64,000 nt of DNA from an uncultured Nitrososphaerota archaeon (GCA_964408285.1 CAYOYV010000003.1:64001-128000), one strand, 5' to 3'; numbered from the stretch's first letter, positions 37,552 to 48,157 are shown. Translations and numbers: made by a program. Notes: generated by a model from the letters alone, not told the origin.

Positions 37552-38808
37552 TCAGGGCACCGTATTGCAGTATTGGCAGAAATACCGATTAAGCTGCTCG
37601 GACCATCCAAGTCTCGATCCACAGACTGGACAATTGATTGAGGACTCTAGCAGACCCTTTCCAGTGGGTTTCTTCTTCGACCACGTGATGAGGGGATCCT
37701 CCATCTTCGCGATCAAATCTAGGGTTCTCATCCAATCGCTCTCTTCTTCCTCCTTCTCCTTTACGCCCATCATTTCCTCGGCCTCTGCTTGCTCGCCAAC
37801 AGCTTGAACCTCAAGGGGCATTGGGAAGAATTCCTCTGCGGGCTTCTCAGGAGTGGGTTGCTGTTCAGGAGGGGCTATGATTCCCTCACCTTTTGTCAGA
37901 ATGGGTGACACTTCGGGAGGCGCAGCCAAGGCCTCCTCCATTCCGAAGACGGGCACAGACACTTCGGGTTTTTCCTCCATCTCTTCCGGAATCTCGGCCG
38001 TTTCCACCACGGGCACTGCGGTCTCTTCCCTAGGCGCTTCCTGTATCGGGACCTCTTCTGCGAGCTGCTTTGTCATCTCCTCTGTGACGGCTTCCTCCTC
38101 GATCTTAGCTTCCTCTGTTTTCTCAAGGGCTACCAGCTCTTGCTCTGGCACCTTTTCCTCTGGCTTCTTTTCGAGTGCGGGCTCCCTTTTGAGCGGCTCT
38201 ATGCCTCTGCCTGGAACGGATGGCCTGACTGGAGGCCGTTCCTCCCTTGGACTGAAGATGAATCGTCCGAGGAGAACACCCGTAATAGAGGCGATTATCG
38301 AGCCCGACACGTAGGATATCGCAGTTGTAGCCATTGCTGCGTTGACCAATTGCGTCCTGGCTTGCTCACTGAGATTCACGAAGGGGGGACTAAGGTAAGA
38401 ATTGACGAGGAATGCGGCTATGGCTGCTGCCAGCACGCCAGCTATCAGGGCATTTATTCCCCTCTCGATATTTGTCCTTGAGAGAATCGCAGTCACGAGA
38501 CCGCCTGCTACATATACTGCTATTGAGAAGTACAGCCAGTCAGGAGAAAGGGCTGAGAATGTCTCCAGGATCTCGGAAGACTGAGCCCCTATCAGGACCA
38601 CATAGGGAGATCCCATCCCAAGAAACGTCACGAACATTATGTCAGGGAGATTCCCGGCTGCTGTCTCTATCTTGCCACCCTCTGGCAATGCAACCACGGA
38701 TGGCCTGAGAACGAAGTTCGCAGCGAAGAACGGCAAGAGAAAGATTGTAACTAGAATAGCTAACATGATGATTATGTCCCTTGCCGGGGAAAATCTCAAT
38801 TCACTCAA
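37552..38808 (-). CDS. Membrane protein with acidic Pro/Glu-rich linker and C-terminal Zn ribbon
   Basis: Several N-terminal TM helices, E/P-rich low-complexity region, CPVC..CQYC. Confidence 0.7.
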   Translation of the reverse strand: MSELRFSPARDIIIMLAILVTIFLLPFFAANFVLRPSVVALPEGGKIETAAGNLPDIMFVTFLGMGSPYVVLIGAQSSEILETFSALSPDWLYFSIAVYVAGGLVTAILSRTNIERGINALIAGVLAAAIAAFLVNSYLSPPFVNLSEQARTQLVNAAMATTAISYVSGSIIASITGVLLGRFIFSPREERPPVRPSVPGRGIEPLKREPALEKKPEEKVPEQELVALEKTEEAKIEEEAVTEEMTKQLAEEVPIQEAPREETAVPVVETAEIPEEMEEKPEVSVPVFGMEEALAAPPEVSPILTKGEGIIAPPEQQPTPEKPAEEFFPMPLEVQAVGEQAEAEEMMGVKEKEEEESDWMRTLDLIAKMEDPLITWSKKKPTGKGLLESSINCPVCGSRLGWSEQLNRYFCQYCNTVP

Positions 38809-38877
38809 TTCTCTGACCCATAACCTGAGGGCGGCATTCTATTAAATCCTTGCCCGCAGGTGAAATCGACCTTTATA

Positions 38878-39501
38878 CTAGCTTTTCTGTATTGCTTTAT
38901 AAACGGTTTCAATTCCTTCCACTTTCTCTATCAAATTCCTTCTCCACATTTCGTATAGAATCGCGTCAGCTTCGGCGTCGGTCATACCCATCAATCGCAT
39001 GACATCCTCCAATGACGCACTCTCTTGGCTATTGATGAAAGTCAAGATCTTGCCAATTCTCACCTCCTTTGTCCTTTCCGAAAGGTAGATCTCAGCACCG
39101 ACTAATCCGAAGAGCATTGTTCCGACCATTGACAGCGCAAACGAGAAGAGGGCAGGAAATGCGTAGACGCCCCCAACGAAGCTTGTCAGCGCCAATAGGA
39201 GGTAGTTGAAAGCCAATGCCCTTCGACTCAGAGTTCCGACGAACGCCGGGTATGCCCATAGAAGATTGAGTATCATGACAGCGAGTTGGGGTCCTTGAAC
39301 GAACACATCGAACTTCGGCCCAAAGTCTACTACCCTAAGCGGGGAAAACATCGCAATGATGAAAAAGAAAGGAAAGGCGAATCCAACGAGACTGATCTCG
39401 GATGCCAAGTCATAGAGTTTATTCCTGTCGAAGATGAGCATGGCCGCTCCCATTGCTGATATGGCCATGCTACCCAAAATGAAATAGTCTTGGAATAGCA
39501 A
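38878..39501 (-). CDS. Polytopic membrane protein with C-terminal wHTH-like domain
   Basis: About five TM segments, then ILTFI..SLEDVMRLMGMTDAEADAILYEMWRRNLIEKV; start uncertain. Confidence 0.6.
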   Translation of the reverse strand: MLFQDYFILGSMAISAMGAAMLIFDRNKLYDLASEISLVGFAFPFFFIIAMFSPLRVVDFGPKFDVFVQGPQLAVMILNLLWAYPAFVGTLSRRALAFNYLLLALTSFVGGVYAFPALFSFALSMVGTMLFGLVGAEIYLSERTKEVRIGKILTFINSQESASLEDVMRLMGMTDAEADAILYEMWRRNLIEKVEGIETVYKAIQKS

Positions 39502-39647
39502 TATCGAGAGGAGATGTCTTCGGGATGAAATAAACGTTCTGCCCGAGCACTTGATCCGCTGGATAGATGTATGTAGAATCGGATCCATCAGGAGCAGATC
39601 CCTGTTTCAAGGAAAGGTTGAATAGTTCTTTCCACTTCAATTGGGGT

Positions 39648-40871
39648 ATGAAGGCTCTGGGTACATCGGACATTAGGAATGACTTCCCGATACTCCAGAG
39701 AAAGCTGGGGGGCAAGCCTCTTGTGTATCTGGATAATGCGTCCACCTCGCAAAAGCCAAAACAAGTATTGGATGCTATGGACGAATTCTACCGCAACTCA
39801 AATGCGAATGTGATGAGAAGCACGAACTCGCTAGGCCTCGAAGCAACCGAGATTTATCATGGAGCTAGAAACAGGGTTGCCGAGATGATTGGTGCAAGCC
39901 CCAAGGAGGTGATATTCACCCGGGGAACCACTGAGGGCCTTAATGTTCTAGCCCGGATCTTGACAAAGAAATACGTTTGTTCAGGTGGAAAAGTGATCAC
40001 AAGCATACTCGAACACCACAGCAATATCCTGCCATGGAGAAACTCTGTTTCCGTTGTTGGTGCCAAGTTGGCAGTGTTGCCGGCCAATAGGTCTTGGACG
40101 ATGGATCTAGACAGACTCGAGGCGGAGCTCTCAGATGGAGCCGATATTGTTACAACTCTGCATGTATCGAACGTTCTTGGTACCATAAATCCCGTGAAAG
40201 AGATCTGCAGGTTGGCGCACGACCATGGTGCACTTGTGGTATTGGACTCGGCACAAGGGGTCCCTCATATGCCGGTCGATGTAAAAGAGATTGATGTTGA
40301 TTTTATGGTGTTTAGCTCACACAAGATGCTAGGGCCAACTGGAGTGGGGGTACTCTATGGAAAGCAGAGCCATCTTGAGGACCTCGAACCATGGGAGCTT
40401 GGTGGAGGCATGGTGAAATCCGTCACCGCTGACGAAGTGAGCTATGAGGATCTGCCTACTAGGCTGGAGGCTGGCACTCCTAACATAGCCGGCGTGATAG
40501 GATTAGCCGCTGCAGTTAATTATCTTCAGGATATCGGCATGCAGAGCATAGTGGATCACGAGAGGCGGCTGCTTAGGCATGCCTTCGAGGTCCTTCCCAA
40601 GGAGATCCTAGAATTGTATGGCCCAACAGAGGCCTATTCCCACTCTGGTATGTTGGCATTTAACGTGAAAGGGATCCACCCTCACGATGTGGCTTCTGCT
40701 CTTGACAAAGAAGGAATAATCGTGAGGGCCGGCCATCATTGTGCTCAGCCGCTAGTCAACGCTCTAGGTACGACAGCCACGGTGAGAGCGAGTTTCTACC
40801 TCTACAACTCACACGAAGAAGTGGACCTGTTGGGCCAAGGCTTGAGGAGGTCGGTGGAGATTCTGACATGA
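39648..40871 (+). CDS. sufS: Cysteine desulfurase, group II
   Basis: YLDNASTSQKP, EHHSN, SSHKMLGPTG, RAGHHCAQP. Confidence 0.92.
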   Translation: MKALGTSDIRNDFPILQRKLGGKPLVYLDNASTSQKPKQVLDAMDEFYRNSNANVMRSTNSLGLEATEIYHGARNRVAEMIGASPKEVIFTRGTTEGLNVLARILTKKYVCSGGKVITSILEHHSNILPWRNSVSVVGAKLAVLPANRSWTMDLDRLEAELSDGADIVTTLHVSNVLGTINPVKEICRLAHDHGALVVLDSAQGVPHMPVDVKEIDVDFMVFSSHKMLGPTGVGVLYGKQSHLEDLEPWELGGGMVKSVTADEVSYEDLPTRLEAGTPNIAGVIGLAAAVNYLQDIGMQSIVDHERRLLRHAFEVLPKEILELYGPTEAYSHSGMLAFNVKGIHPHDVASALDKEGIIVRAGHHCAQPLVNALGTTATVRASFYLYNSHEEVDLLGQGLRRSVEILT

Positions 40872-41278
40872 CAAATGAGAATTCAAGCAAGCAGCGCGTC
40901 TTAGACCATTACAGGAATCCAAGAAACTATGGGGTGATCGAAGATGCCGATCTCGTTTCCAAAGAGGCGGGTCCGCCATGCGGAGACGAGGTGCATTTCT
41001 ACCTGAAACTCGATCGCAACAGAATAACTGATATTCGATTCACTTCAAGCAGCTGTGCAATCTGCAAGGCATCTGCCTCCATGCTTTCCGAGATGATTAA
41101 AGGCAAGGAAGGAGACTATGTGATGAATCTTGGGGAAAAGGACATCATGGATATGTTCGGCATGGATCTGGAGCCAAACAGAAGGAAATGTGCACTTCTT
41201 CCTCTCGCAGCCATTAAGAAAGGAATCACCAGCCAAAGAACGCAGCAGAAGAGAGCTGTTTCAAGTGATAGAACATGA
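40868..41278 (+). CDS. SufU/IscU-type Fe-S scaffold or sulfur acceptor
   Basis: DHYRNPRN, PPCGD, SCAICKASAS, RRKCALL; overlaps the sufS stop. Confidence 0.85.
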   Translation: MTNENSSKQRVLDHYRNPRNYGVIEDADLVSKEAGPPCGDEVHFYLKLDRNRITDIRFTSSSCAICKASASMLSEMIKGKEGDYVMNLGEKDIMDMFGMDLEPNRRKCALLPLAAIKKGITSQRTQQKRAVSSDRT

Positions 41279-41355
41279 AGGATTGCTCTGTCTGCAGGTG
41301 TTTCAGTAACTAATACAGGCGAATGATTATTTGGGGCTTTTGAGCCTCTATCACC

Positions 41356-42684
41356 ATGGGAAACGTCCGTGAGGAGTGGGCTAAGATTGTACTCCTATTG
41401 GCTATTCCAGCGGTTGTCACAACTTTGGTGTTGGCCGAGGCCAGCCGGGGCATCAATTCATCGACATCGTTTGAGCAGTCCTTCCTTAATGTCACTGTGT
41501 ACCAGGTGAACGTCGCATACGTTGTTTCAAAGCTCAAAGTGAATTTCGTCAACAACACTGCAGAAGCGATCTTGCCCGGGACAATGATAGCGGAGACTCT
41601 CAGAGTCATCTCGCCCGAGATGCCGCGTTTCAGGTTCCTCGCAGGGGGGAGTTCCGCATCATTCATCCAGGAGGGAGATACCGTAACTGTAAGGGCTGAT
41701 GGTCAGGTTTTCTCTGGGAAGTATGCTGGAACGCGAGAAGGCTATCTAGTTATTGACATGGGAGGGAACAAGACTGCTATGGTAGCGCTAGCCAAGATCC
41801 TGTCGATTGAGCTGGCTAAGTCGTCGAATATTCCGAAGCCGGTCACTGGAATCAGAGTGAGGTTTGAAGGCCAATATTCAGGACAGGTGGAGCTGACAAT
41901 CGGGTATCTGTCGAGGGGCCTAAGCTGGAGTTCTGGAGCGGAGCTGGAGACTTCAAGCGACATGCTCACCGGGAAAGCGTTTCTTACTAGCTCAGACAAT
42001 TGGACAAGCACCTACGTCACCTTGGTCCTCGGAGAACCCAGAGTTGTATTCTGGGGTCCTATGACATACAAGGACGAGAGAGGGATTGCTCCCAGCTCGA
42101 CATACGCTATTCAATTCACAGGGCCTTACTATAGCTTCAGGCTCAAAGACAGAATCTCAATTTCGGCCGGAGAAGAAGTGGTAGTATCGCTGTTCTCCGG
42201 AAATGTCAAGACAGTGGATTATCATCTGTGGGTTGGATCCGACCCTCGCTATCAGGCTCAATTGGTTTCTGCACTTCTGACGATCAACCTGACGAACACT
42301 CTAGATCAACCTATCCCATCGGGTGTGATTAACTTCTTCTCCGGGTTGGATTGGATCGGCTCTGATTCCAACGCATACATACCCAAGGGATCAACCAGCA
42401 CTTTGACAGTTGGATATTCTCGAGACATAACGATCACGTCGACAATCATGTCGGCGGAGAAAGTGGAGTCATCAATGAGGTATGTAGTGGCCCTTACCTC
42501 CACGAACTATGGAAAGGATAAGGCGACAGTTGTACTGAAGCAGAACCTTCCCTCAGATGCATTCAGGGTATCCGCTTCGCCCGACCCTGTATCGAAAGGA
42601 TTGACATTGGTATGGTCCATTACCCTGGGCCCTCAAGAATCAAGGACGATCACCTTCACCTTCGAGGTTCCGATATATAGGTAG
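41356..42684 (+). CDS. DUF4139-like secreted/membrane-anchored protein
   Basis: N-terminal hydrophobic segment, NVTVY, YLSRGLSW, C-terminal LVWSITLGPQESRTITFTF. Confidence 0.6.
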   Translation: MGNVREEWAKIVLLLAIPAVVTTLVLAEASRGINSSTSFEQSFLNVTVYQVNVAYVVSKLKVNFVNNTAEAILPGTMIAETLRVISPEMPRFRFLAGGSSASFIQEGDTVTVRADGQVFSGKYAGTREGYLVIDMGGNKTAMVALAKILSIELAKSSNIPKPVTGIRVRFEGQYSGQVELTIGYLSRGLSWSSGAELETSSDMLTGKAFLTSSDNWTSTYVTLVLGEPRVVFWGPMTYKDERGIAPSSTYAIQFTGPYYSFRLKDRISISAGEEVVVSLFSGNVKTVDYHLWVGSDPRYQAQLVSALLTINLTNTLDQPIPSGVINFFSGLDWIGSDSNAYIPKGSTSTLTVGYSRDITITSTIMSAEKVESSMRYVVALTSTNYGKDKATVVLKQNLPSDAFRVSASPDPVSKGLTLVWSITLGPQESRTITFTFEVPIYR

Positions 42685-42762
42685 CCGCCAAATCCATCTC
42701 GGGCAAGGCTGGCTTTATGATAGAGTTATAATCGGCTATGGACCGCTCTACGAAGTCGATCT

Positions 42763-45009
42763 ATGAGGGAATCGAGAAGGCTGGTAGTTAGGGGGCTGGT
42801 CCAAGGGGTCGGATTCAGACCCTTTGTCTTCAGACTGGCAGATTGCCTTCATCTCAAAGGGCAGGTTGCCAATAGCGGCAAAGGCGTTGAGATATTGCTG
42901 GAGGGGGAGACAGCTGATATACGGGAATTCCTGAAGAGGATGAAACAAAGGCCTCCCCCCAGATCGATAATAGAGAGCATCGTAGTTGAAAGGATCGAGC
43001 CAACAGGATTTACCGCTTTCACCGTCATACCAAGCACAGTTGAAGGACTGGAAACGACTCCGCCGCCCGACCTTGCCCTCTGCGATGATTGCAGAAGAGA
43101 GTTATTCGACGAGCGGGATCGAAGAAGAGGCCATCCTTTGATAAGCTGCATGAATTGCGGCCCAAGGTTCTCGATTCTCCTCTCAATGCCATATGATAGG
43201 TCAAGAACCACCATGAAGCACTTTCAGCTATGTCCTTCCTGCGAAGGCGAATATTCGGATCCATCCAATAGGAGATTCCATGCCGAGCCGATTTCATGTT
43301 GGGAATGCGGACCAAGAGTCTGGTTCATGAAGAATGGAAAGAAGGTCAATGAGGGAAATCCAATCCTCTTGGCAGCGGCAGAGATAGACAGGGGAAAGAC
43401 AGTTGCGGTCAAAGGGATCGGCGGATTCCATCTTGCGGCCGATGCAACTAATGAAGAAACCATCAAGCAACTCAGGAGCAAGAAGCAAAGGCATCGCAAG
43501 CCATTCGCGATCATGGCAAGGGACATGGCGGCAATAGAATCCATAGCGCTTGTGAATCCTGAGGAGGAGAGGCTCCTCAGATCTGCGATTTCGCCAATAT
43601 TACTACTGAAGAAGAAAGCTACATCCACGATAGCTGAATCTGTCGCGCCGATGCTTGACGAATTCGGAATCATGCTGCCATACACAGCGATTCACAACCT
43701 TCTGCTGGAGAGGACGAATTCCAGATTCTTGGTGATGACGAGTGGAAATCCGAAGGATGAGATAATCATCCATGACAACCGGACTGCTCTGGAGAGACTC
43801 TCGGGTCTTGCCGACTCTTTTCTATTGCATGATCGCCGGATAAGGAATTTCGCAGATGACTCCGTGGTCAGAGTAATAAACAATGGCATGGTGTTAATCA
43901 GGAGATCTCGCGGATTCGTCCCCATGCCAATGGAATCCCCGGTTGACGTAGACGGCGTCCTTGCAGTTGGAGGAGATCTCAAGAATGCATTCGCGATTGG
44001 AAAGGGAAAAAGGATTTTCATAAGTCAACACATCGGTGATCTTGATTCAGCTTCTACGAGAGAGGAATTCATCCGATATATTCGTAGCTTCTCGAATATG
44101 TTGGATTTTGATCCGGACCTTGTAGCACATGACATGCACCCCGGCTATGTCTCGACCATGATAGCTGAATCCAGATGGAAGAGTAGGTTAGGTGTACAGC
44201 ATCACCATGCTCATCTTGTTTCCGCTTTGGCCTCAAACTCTTCGTCTGAGGAGTCCCTGGGCCTGGCCTGTGATGGGACGGGCTATGGGGCGGAAGGTGA
44301 GTCATGGGGATTCGAGCTGCTTAGGTTTGATCTATCCGGATATGACAGAATCGGGCATCTGAGGCAATTCCAGCTTCCTGGCGGGGATTCAGCCGTTCTG
44401 GATCCACGTAGGACCGCCTTCTCTGTGTTGTTGGATTCGATCGGAAGCGAAGCTTATGGCATTGAGCTCGGCCTCTCAAGGTCGTTTGAGGAGGATTTGG
44501 CGGAAATGATGGCAAGCCAGATCAATAGCCCTTCTGTCTCAAGCTGTGGAAGGCTTTTTGATGCGATCTCCGCGATACTCGGAATATGCAACGGTTCTTC
44601 GTATGAAGGGGAACCAGCGGCAGAACTCGAAGCGATTTCTGATTCTGAAGAAACCGATTCCTATCCCTTCGAAATAGTTGCTGATGGCACTATTACGCTC
44701 GACTATAGACCGATTGTAGGGGCTATGCTCCAGGATCTCAAGCAAGGCATGAGAAAAGAGAGAATAGCTGGGAAGTTCCATAACTCACTGTGTGAGGGAA
44801 TGGCAGGAATGCTAGAACAAGCTTCCTCAAGTGAGGGACTGAGCAACATTGTGCTCAGTGGGGGTTGTTTCGTGAACAGAACACTGCTGACAAAGCTAAC
44901 GAAGATGCTGGTTGCGAATGACATGCGAGTCTACACCTCAAGGGCTGTTCCTCCAAACGATGGCGGTCTCTCGTTTGGCCAAGCACTCGTGGCAGGCAAG
45001 ACGAGGTGA
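42763..45009 (+). CDS. hypF: Hydrogenase maturation carbamoyltransferase
   Basis: Acylphosphatase domain GLVQGVGFRPF, Zn fingers, KGIGGFHL, QHHHAH, PPNDGGLSFGQ. Confidence 0.95.
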   Translation: MRESRRLVVRGLVQGVGFRPFVFRLADCLHLKGQVANSGKGVEILLEGETADIREFLKRMKQRPPPRSIIESIVVERIEPTGFTAFTVIPSTVEGLETTPPPDLALCDDCRRELFDERDRRRGHPLISCMNCGPRFSILLSMPYDRSRTTMKHFQLCPSCEGEYSDPSNRRFHAEPISCWECGPRVWFMKNGKKVNEGNPILLAAAEIDRGKTVAVKGIGGFHLAADATNEETIKQLRSKKQRHRKPFAIMARDMAAIESIALVNPEEERLLRSAISPILLLKKKATSTIAESVAPMLDEFGIMLPYTAIHNLLLERTNSRFLVMTSGNPKDEIIIHDNRTALERLSGLADSFLLHDRRIRNFADDSVVRVINNGMVLIRRSRGFVPMPMESPVDVDGVLAVGGDLKNAFAIGKGKRIFISQHIGDLDSASTREEFIRYIRSFSNMLDFDPDLVAHDMHPGYVSTMIAESRWKSRLGVQHHHAHLVSALASNSSSEESLGLACDGTGYGAEGESWGFELLRFDLSGYDRIGHLRQFQLPGGDSAVLDPRRTAFSVLLDSIGSEAYGIELGLSRSFEEDLAEMMASQINSPSVSSCGRLFDAISAILGICNGSSYEGEPAAELEAISDSEETDSYPFEIVADGTITLDYRPIVGAMLQDLKQGMRKERIAGKFHNSLCEGMAGMLEQASSSEGLSNIVLSGGCFVNRTLLTKLTKMLVANDMRVYTSRAVPPNDGGLSFGQALVAGKTR

Positions 45010-45015
45010 ATCGGC

Positions 45016-45231
45016 ATGTGTCTAGGAATCCCGGGCATCATCGAGTCGATAGAAGGGGAAGAAGCGATGGTCGACTTCGGCGGGGCAAAGAGGAGAGTCA
45101 GGATTGACTTCATTGATCAACCAAGGATCGGGGATCACGTAATAGTGCACGCAGGATTCGCAATTCAGAAGTTGGCAGAGGAGGATCTCTCGTTGATTAT
45201 GACCACTATAGAAGCTCTGGGTGAAAGCTAG
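45016..45231 (+). CDS. hypC: Hydrogenase assembly chaperone
   Basis: MCLGIPG, VHAGFAI. Confidence 0.93.
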   Translation: MCLGIPGIIESIEGEEAMVDFGGAKRRVRIDFIDQPRIGDHVIVHAGFAIQKLAEEDLSLIMTTIEALGES

Positions 45232-46300
45232 GGCCTTGACAATTGGTCCCTCGAACAGGAGAATCGCTCAGAGACTGTTATCCCTGATCTCAGATTTGAA
45301 ACCCGAGGGTATCCAATTCATGGAGGTCTGTGGAACCCATACTGTCTCGCTTTCGAGATTCGGGATAAGAGCATTGCTGCCAAAAGGCATGAGAATTGTC
45401 TCAGGGCCAGGCTGTCCCGTGTGCGTAACCACCAATTCTGATATCTCAAAGGCATTCCAAGTTGCCAGCCGGGAAAGGTATGGCCTGGCTACCTTCGGGG
45501 ACATGATGAGAGTCCCATTGGGCGGAGTGACTTTGTTTGACCTGAAAGCAAAAGGAGGAGATGTCCGAATAGTCTACTCTCCGATGGAAGCTTTGCATTT
45601 AGCCAGGACAAAGGAAGTGGTCTTCCTAGGAGTCGGTTTTGAGACGACGAGTCCGGCAATCGCGAGCTTGCTGGATCAGGCGAGAAATCAGATGATCTCC
45701 AATATCTCATTGCTCTCATTCTTCAAGCTGATACCGCCAGCTCTCAGGGCCCTTCTCGATAATGGTGAAAGCAAGCTAGACGGATTCCTCTTGCCCGGTC
45801 ATGTCAGCACCATCATAGGAATGCAGCCGTACGAATTCATCGTCAAGGAGTATGGAATACCCTGCGCAATTGCCGGGTTTGAGCCCGTCGACATTCTATT
45901 GGCGATCTATGCATTGGCCAAGATGAGGGCCGCCAAGAGACCCGCTCTCGTCAACACATACACGAGAAGTGTGAGGAAAGAGGGGAATAGAAGAGCCTTG
46001 GAACTGCTGGAAAAGTACTTTCAGCCGGTTGGGGTTAATTGGAGAGGTCTAGGCTTTATCCCCCAAAGCGGACTGAAGCTGAGGCCTGAATATCAAGACA
46101 TGAACGCGGAAACAAGATTCGAATTCAAACAGATCGAAATACCTGAACCAACAGGTTGCAGATGCTCTGATGTAATAAAGGGGGCGATCTTGCCCAATGA
46201 GTGCCTTCTTTTCAGAAGGTCATGTAAGCCCGAGTCTCCGATCGGACCCTGCATGGTAAGCTCAGAAGGAGCCTGCGCCGCCTTCTACAGTTACGGGTGA
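45221..46300 (+). CDS. hypD: Hydrogenase formation protein
   Basis: MEVCGTH, GPGCPVC, GFETT, PGHVS, GPCMVSSEGAC. Confidence 0.95.
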   Translation: MKARALTIGPSNRRIAQRLLSLISDLKPEGIQFMEVCGTHTVSLSRFGIRALLPKGMRIVSGPGCPVCVTTNSDISKAFQVASRERYGLATFGDMMRVPLGGVTLFDLKAKGGDVRIVYSPMEALHLARTKEVVFLGVGFETTSPAIASLLDQARNQMISNISLLSFFKLIPPALRALLDNGESKLDGFLLPGHVSTIIGMQPYEFIVKEYGIPCAIAGFEPVDILLAIYALAKMRAAKRPALVNTYTRSVRKEGNRRALELLEKYFQPVGVNWRGLGFIPQSGLKLRPEYQDMNAETRFEFKQIEIPEPTGCRCSDVIKGAILPNECLLFRRSCKPESPIGPCMVSSEGACAAFYSYG

Positions 46301-46304
46301 TGGG

Positions 46305-47312
46305 ATGTCTCATATCAATCTGGAACATGGTGCCGGGGGAAAACTAAGTCACGATTTGGTCAGGTCGATATTCCTCAGAAGCTACGGTGGGCCATTGTTC
46401 AGAAAGGCAGGAGACAAGGCAGTTGTGTCGATAGCCGGAAAGAAAATTGCCTTCACGACAGATGCGTTTGTTATGTCGCCAATGGACGTGCCTGGATGCT
46501 CTCTTGGAGCTCTATGCGTCACTGGCACAATAAACGACTTGCTCACTTGCGGGGCACGCCCCCTTTTCATGTCGGTTTCTTTCATACTGGAGGAAGGTTT
46601 CCAGATGGACAGATTGGTTGCGATATCGAAGGACATTGCCCGAGCAGCTCACCTTTCTGGAGTGGCAGTTGTCACCGGGGATACTAAGGTTGTGGAAAGA
46701 CACAAAGCGGACGGCGCATACATTACAGCTTCTGGAATAGGAGAGGTGATCGAAGGTGTCAATGTATCTGGCTCTAACGCGAAAGTTGGAGATCATGTCA
46801 TAGTGACGGGGGACATCGGGAATCATGGTGTGGCGACTATGCTGGCAAGGGGAGAATTCAATATTGCAGCAAGGACCAAGAGTGACTGTCGGTCGTTGGC
46901 AGATCTGATCCTGCCGATGCTAGAGAATTTCAAGAACAGAGTCCATGCTTTGAGGGATCCAACTAGAGGAGGCATATCGACGACCCTGAACGAAATAGCT
47001 TTGGAATCTAATGTCGGAATTGAGGTCGACGAGTCAGAGCTGCCGATAGCGAAGCCGACAAGAACCGCATGCGAACTGCTGGGAATAGATCCCCTCTTCA
47101 TGGCCAACGAGGGTATAATGGTGCTTGTCATTGATCCTTCCAGCTCTGAGAGAGCGGCGGAGTTACTGAGGCGGAGAAGATTCGGGCATCGCTCGGCAGT
47201 GATAGGGCGTGTTGTCAGGAATCACAGAGGCAAGGTCAAGATGAGGACCCTCATCGGCGGTGAGCGATATCTAGAGATGCTTCGAGGAGTCTCCCTGCCC
47301 AGGATTTGCTGA
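46305..47312 (+). CDS. hypE: Hydrogenase maturation carbamoyl dehydratase
   Basis: HGAGG, TGDTKVV, RDPTRGG, C-terminal PRIC. Confidence 0.95.
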   Translation: MSHINLEHGAGGKLSHDLVRSIFLRSYGGPLFRKAGDKAVVSIAGKKIAFTTDAFVMSPMDVPGCSLGALCVTGTINDLLTCGARPLFMSVSFILEEGFQMDRLVAISKDIARAAHLSGVAVVTGDTKVVERHKADGAYITASGIGEVIEGVNVSGSNAKVGDHVIVTGDIGNHGVATMLARGEFNIAARTKSDCRSLADLILPMLENFKNRVHALRDPTRGGISTTLNEIALESNVGIEVDESELPIAKPTRTACELLGIDPLFMANEGIMVLVIDPSSSERAAELLRRRRFGHRSAVIGRVVRNHRGKVKMRTLIGGERYLEMLRGVSLPRIC

Positions 47313-47326
47313 CCCGAGTGGATTCC

Positions 47327-48157
47327 CTATCCAAGCAGTTTCAGTGCGTCCTCTGCACTGGCGTCGTTGTGGACTATCGCAACTATTGCTTTCATCATTT
47401 CAGTTGGCTTCTCACTCTGGAAGACATTCCTGCCTACAACCACGCCTGCGGCGCCTGCGTCCATAACGGCCTTGACGACCGCGAGGAAGTCCGCTGGGTT
47501 GTCCGCCTTTGCCCCGCCTGACATTAGAACAGGCACCGGAGTGGCCTTGACGACCTCTGCGAATGTTTCTCTAGACCCCGTATAGTAGGTTTTGACCAAG
47601 TCGGCCCCGACTTCGGCGGCAGAGCGAGAAGCATATCTTACGATTTCCATGTCTTCCTTCTTCTGCATGTGCGCTCCCCTCGGATAGGCCAGGTTTAACA
47701 AGGGCATTCCATATACTTCACATTCGGCCGCAATCGCCGTGAAATTCGCGAGCATCTTGGCTTCCTCAGCCGATCCCCAATAGATTGTTGCAGCAACACC
47801 ATCCGCTCCTAAGGCTAGGGCATCCTTGACGGTGCCTATTGGATCCTGAGTGTATTGGCTCTCTGAAGGTCGAAGGTTGGTCTTTCCCGTTAGCTTGATT
47901 ATGATTGGAACTCTGTTCGCCCACACGTCCCAAGTCAGGCGGGCCAAGCCCCTCGGAATCATTATGGCATCAACTCTTCCTTTGACGACTCTCTCCAAAA
48001 TTGCCCTTGGATCGAGATGCTGCCGAGGAAAATCCTTCGGCCCATGTTCAATACCATGGTCCATCGCGAGTATGACCGCTCTTCCTTTCCCGCCACCCAA
48101 TATTCTCTGAAGCCTGATATTCTTCCCGACTGCCGACGCAGTGTAGACTGGTTTCAT
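47327..48157 (-). CDS. Class I fructose-bisphosphate aldolase (DhnA/archaeal type)
   Basis: AMDHGIEHGP, YPRG, GADLVKTYY, SGGAK, VGRNVFQ. Confidence 0.88.
   Translation of the reverse strand: MKPVYTASAVGKNIRLQRILGGGKGRAVILAMDHGIEHGPKDFPRQHLDPRAILERVVKGRVDAIMIPRGLARLTWDVWANRVPIIIKLTGKTNLRPSESQYTQDPIGTVKDALALGADGVAATIYWGSAEEAKMLANFTAIAAECEVYGMPLLNLAYPRGAHMQKKEDMEIVRYASRSAAEVGADLVKTYYTGSRETFAEVVKATPVPVLMSGGAKADNPADFLAVVKAVMDAGAAGVVVGRNVFQSEKPTEMMKAIVAIVHNDASAEDALKLLG

Noticed and set aside
37853-38314. 153-aa Ser-rich + strand ORF
   Set aside because: Antisense shadow of the Glu/Pro-rich linker of the real - strand gene.
40739-40867. N-terminal extension of the SufU-like ORF (likewise at 9273, 16038, 37622, 39567, 49090, 60801)
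   Set aside because: Extensions overlap neighbouring genes or promoters; downstream starts fit the family N-termini and TATA spacing.
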